Source: Amoebidium appalachense (taxonomy: Eukaryota > Protista > Ichthyosporea). From it: 64,000 nucleotides of DNA. Position numbers and translations under genes: made by a program. Positions 60,908 to 64,000 of this stretch are shown here, one piece after another. Position 1 is the first letter of the stretch, and every line of letters starts with the position of its first letter. The notes under the pieces are model-generated. The model did no database searches and had not been told where the DNA came from. It saw only the letters and a list, made by a program, of their open reading frames with translations. The DNA lies in assembly GCA_963693365.1 (NCBI GenBank), contig CAVNZM010000007.1, forward strand, positions 3,085,979 through 3,149,978, written 5' to 3'.

Positions 60908-61721
60908 GTTGGGTGAACTCTTTTGTCTGTCCGTGGCTGCAGAACACCGTTAAGGTAAATTTGATACGGTGGATGTAAACAGTAGATCTAGAGCTCAGGT
61001 TTTGATTTTTGTAATATAGCAGTTATGATCATGGTGCTCGGTTTTAAAAGTGGTTTTGTGTGTGTTCTCTATGTATACGTAGCTTGCATCCGTGTACGGA
61101 CGTAGGGTTGGCCTGGACTAAACACGAACAGGTAAGAAATTGTGAACTTGAACTTGACCTCAAAACGAACTTCACGTGACATGTGTAAATGATCATTGTC
61201 CTGTCAACTTGACACAGTGTCCTAAGAAAACGAACTGTCAAAAGTTTCGACAATGTGTAGCAACTGCACAAATCTATTTAAAAAATAGTGAAAAAACGTC
61301 GGGGACACTACCATGGTAAGCGCCGGTTAGGTAGGCATTGAGGCCTGGAGAGAAAGAGAGAGGGGGGGAGGGAGGGGGGAGGGGGGGGGAGGGGGCAGGG
61401 CAGGATAACTTAGACGGGAAGCAAGTATTTGTATCGATTTACTATTTATTGACCTGGGCATACAGTGCACCAAAAAAGCCCAACCAGGGGCCGGTCTCAT
61501 ATTTACGATTAAGCAAACATACCCATTCAGTGGGACAGCATTCGTGTGGGACAGATTAATACTTAATTCATGCAAGTTTTGTGGGAGGATATAGTTTTTG
61601 AGATATCTCAGGATATAAAGGAGGCAGGCTCGTTACCAATCATTCAAGATGAGGCTTCGACGTCAACTTAGCAAAATGAACCAGCCAAAAGAAGACAAGT
61701 TGGTAAAAGTCCGTGTACGTG

Positions 61722-61812
<91 letters not shown>

Positions 61813-61999
61813 GGGAGGGAGGGAGGGGAGGGGGGTTACGCGTGGTATTTTGTTTCGAGACATTTCGTCCAACGTGACTGTATGAAGATATGGCAGGACA
61901 TGCATATGTCATGTGAAGACTGCACGTGTGGCTGACACCCCATACTGAAAAACAAATACAAATTCAGACAATAAAAACCAAAGGGGCTCTTAACTCTTT

Positions 62000-63721
62000 C
62001 TACTTCTTCTTTACGCGGAAATCCGTCCCACTAGCACAGTGCATGCTTGTGGCTCCACAGAAGCCAATCACGCTGCAGCAGTATGCCTTTGCTGCCGGGT
62101 CGGGGTTGCAGCCGGCAGGAATGGTGGTGTTGGGGAGGAGGTACTTCTTGCCACATCTGTAATGGGTTAAGGGTATGAGTTTTAAAACTGTGCTTCATCG
62201 ACAAAACGAAACAAAACAGAACGGAACAAAACAGAACAAAACGCATGTACGTACATTGGCGTGTTCGTGCGCATGCGTGGGTGCGCACGCGCGCACACAC
62301 AAACACGCACGAGCATAAACAGGCAACATTGTAGTTGAAAAAAATGCTTCCACTAACTACCAATATTCCTACTTTTTTTTGTGTTTTATAGCAGGAAACT
62401 AGTGGTTTCGGGTTCGAATTCGATTCTCGGGGGGGGGGGGGGGGGGGGGGGGGTTGAGAGCATAACAACTAGACATTTCTCTCAGAAGAACGGCAAAGCA
62501 AAGAAAAAGCTGTGTGTGTATGTCTGTTTGGGGAGGGAGGGGAGGGGAGGGAAGAGAGAGGGGAAATGTGCTTCATTCTCTCAGAAGAACGGCAAAGCAA
62601 AGAAAAGCTGTGTGTGTATGTCTGTTTGGGGAGGGAGCGGAGGGGAGGGAAGAGAGAGGGGAAATGTTTTTTTTCTTCTTTTTCTTTCTTTTTTTTTTTT
62701 TTGGGGGGGGGGGGGGGAAGGGGGGGGGGGTACCGTTTGTCATCTCTCCACGTTTTTGTTGTTGGTGGGTCGCTCTTCACCCGGAAATCAATCGTTCCCG
62801 GGCCGGTGCAGAACGTTGGACCCGACCCGCAAAACCCGGCAGCCGAACAGCAATACTTCCCCACGGAGATCGAAGGGTTGCATTGCGCTTGGTACCCCCC
62901 CGGAAAATTGAACTGCGGCAGCCCACAGCGGTTGTCTGGTCTCCAGCGATTTTTTAGCGGCGCAATAGCAACGGGAGTGGGGGTTTTTTTAATTGTGGTG
63001 GTGGTGGTGGTGGTGGTGGTGGTGGGGGCGATTGTACGGGAGACCAGTCTTGTTGCTGTATTGGTGGTGGTGGTCGAGGTTGGGGTGGGGTTCGCGGGAA
63101 TAATCGTTGCCGGAGGCGTCGAAACTTGAGGAAGGAGGGATGCAATGGCCGAAGGGCCGGGTGTAGGGGGACTTGGTAAGGTTATGGGGGCCCCCACTGA
63201 ACGCAGCCAGTTGGTGTATTGGGAGACCTTGGTGTAGACACCGTAGACCCCTGGGATAGCACAACCAACTCCATAGCTCACAATGCCGACCTGTGGTGGG
63301 GTGGAAGAGTGATTCATGTGAATGTCGAAAACATAATAATCAAAGAGATGTTGGGCAAAGAGAACGGGCAACCTCGTAGGCAAGATGGCAAAAATGCCCC
63401 CCGGGGGGGGGAGGGGAACAGGATGTTTTTTGGGTATAAATGAGCACAAGAGGGAAGGTAAAAGGATAAAAAAAGGACCATGCAAAAAATGAAAAGAAAA
63501 GGGAAACCAGGCGGAAGGGGGAAGGCGGTAATACCGTACCTGCACCTCCTGCCCCGTTGCAGTCTTTGTAAACAGTGGGCCACCGCTATCGCCCACACAG
63601 GCGTCCTTCCCGCCCTGGTCGTAACCGGCACAGATTTTGCCTGGGGCCATGGGGCCGTAAACTTGGGAGCAGCGCTGATACCCTACAACTGGAACCGTCA
63701 CGGTGTACAGATCACGGTTTA
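62000..63721 (-). CDS. Trypsin-like S1 serine protease with a Thr/Pro linker and two chitin-binding type-1-like repeats, 3' part (exons 63721-63540, 63290-62734, 62156-62000; 5' exons beyond the window)
   Basis: ICAGYDQGGKDACVGDSGGPL (catalytic Ser; Asp189 implies trypsin specificity) and VGIVSYGVGCA...GVYTKVS. Repeats WRPDNRCG...C.P....CCSAAGFCG....C...DFR and WRDDKR|CG...C.P....CCSVIGFCG....HC...DFR. Phases are consistent. Confidence 0.88.
62474..62668. repeat. ~100-bp intronic tandem duplication
   Basis: tctctcagaagaacggcaaagcaaagaaaa.gctgtgtgtgtatgtctgtttggggaggg occurs twice. Confidence 0.85.
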
Positions 63722-64000
63722 CTGATGTTTTTTCCCTGCGTTTTGGTTTTTGTTTTTTGGACGTAAGTTTGGAAGAGGAAGGAAAGGAGGAGGAGGTGTG
63801 TATGTGTGTGTGTGTGTGTGGGGAGGGGGGGGGGGGGAGGAAGGGAAGGTGGGAGGGTTTCAAGGTTAGTGTGTTATATGTGGCAACGTGCCGGTATGCA
63901 TGTGCAGCTTGAAAATCGATAAAAACGGATAGTACGAGGACGGCTTGGGTTGTTGAAATTCTTGTTCGGGAGCCCCAAATATTTTCCAGGAGTGGGGAAA

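Noticed and set aside
62401-62430. tRNA B-box-like GGTTCGAATTC
   Set aside because: No cloverleaf or A-box is discernible.

Overview
This is eukaryotic genomic DNA with GT-AG introns. Most ORFs in the supplied track are artefacts of poly-C/poly-G, (CA/GT)n, (CT/GA)n and (TAT)n tracts. The gene style would fit a unicellular opisthokont such as an ichthyosporean-like holozoan, but that is inference only. I spliced gene models by hand and checked reading-frame phase across introns. They are: a DEP-domain gene running off the left edge (-), an Mrs2/CorA Mg2+ channel with a C-terminal EF-hand-like extension (+), an ABCG half-transporter (-), a coiled-coil protein (+), a decayed C2H2 zinc-finger gene (-), a carnosine-synthase/L-amino-acid-ligase-like ATP-grasp enzyme (+), a putative membrane protein (-), a tail-to-tail pair of paralogous Cys-containing secreted/GPI-type proteins, an intronless BTB/T1 protein resembling an ascomycete family (-), and a trypsin with two chitin-binding-type repeats running off the right edge (-). 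A transposon cluster at about 21.9-28.6 kb holds two hAT MITE families with 8-bp TSDs, Kolobok/T2-type TTAA MITEs and a 5'-truncated non-LTR retrotransposon with a poly-A tail and TSD. The most unusual signals are: (i) introns whose sense strand is C-rich and whose acceptor AG often sits directly on a (CA)n array, (ii) a ~175-bp structured dispersed element always found next to poly-C tracts, (iii) the Mrs2-EF-hand fusion, and (iv) tandem arrays of a splice donor and of a stop-codon region within that same gene.
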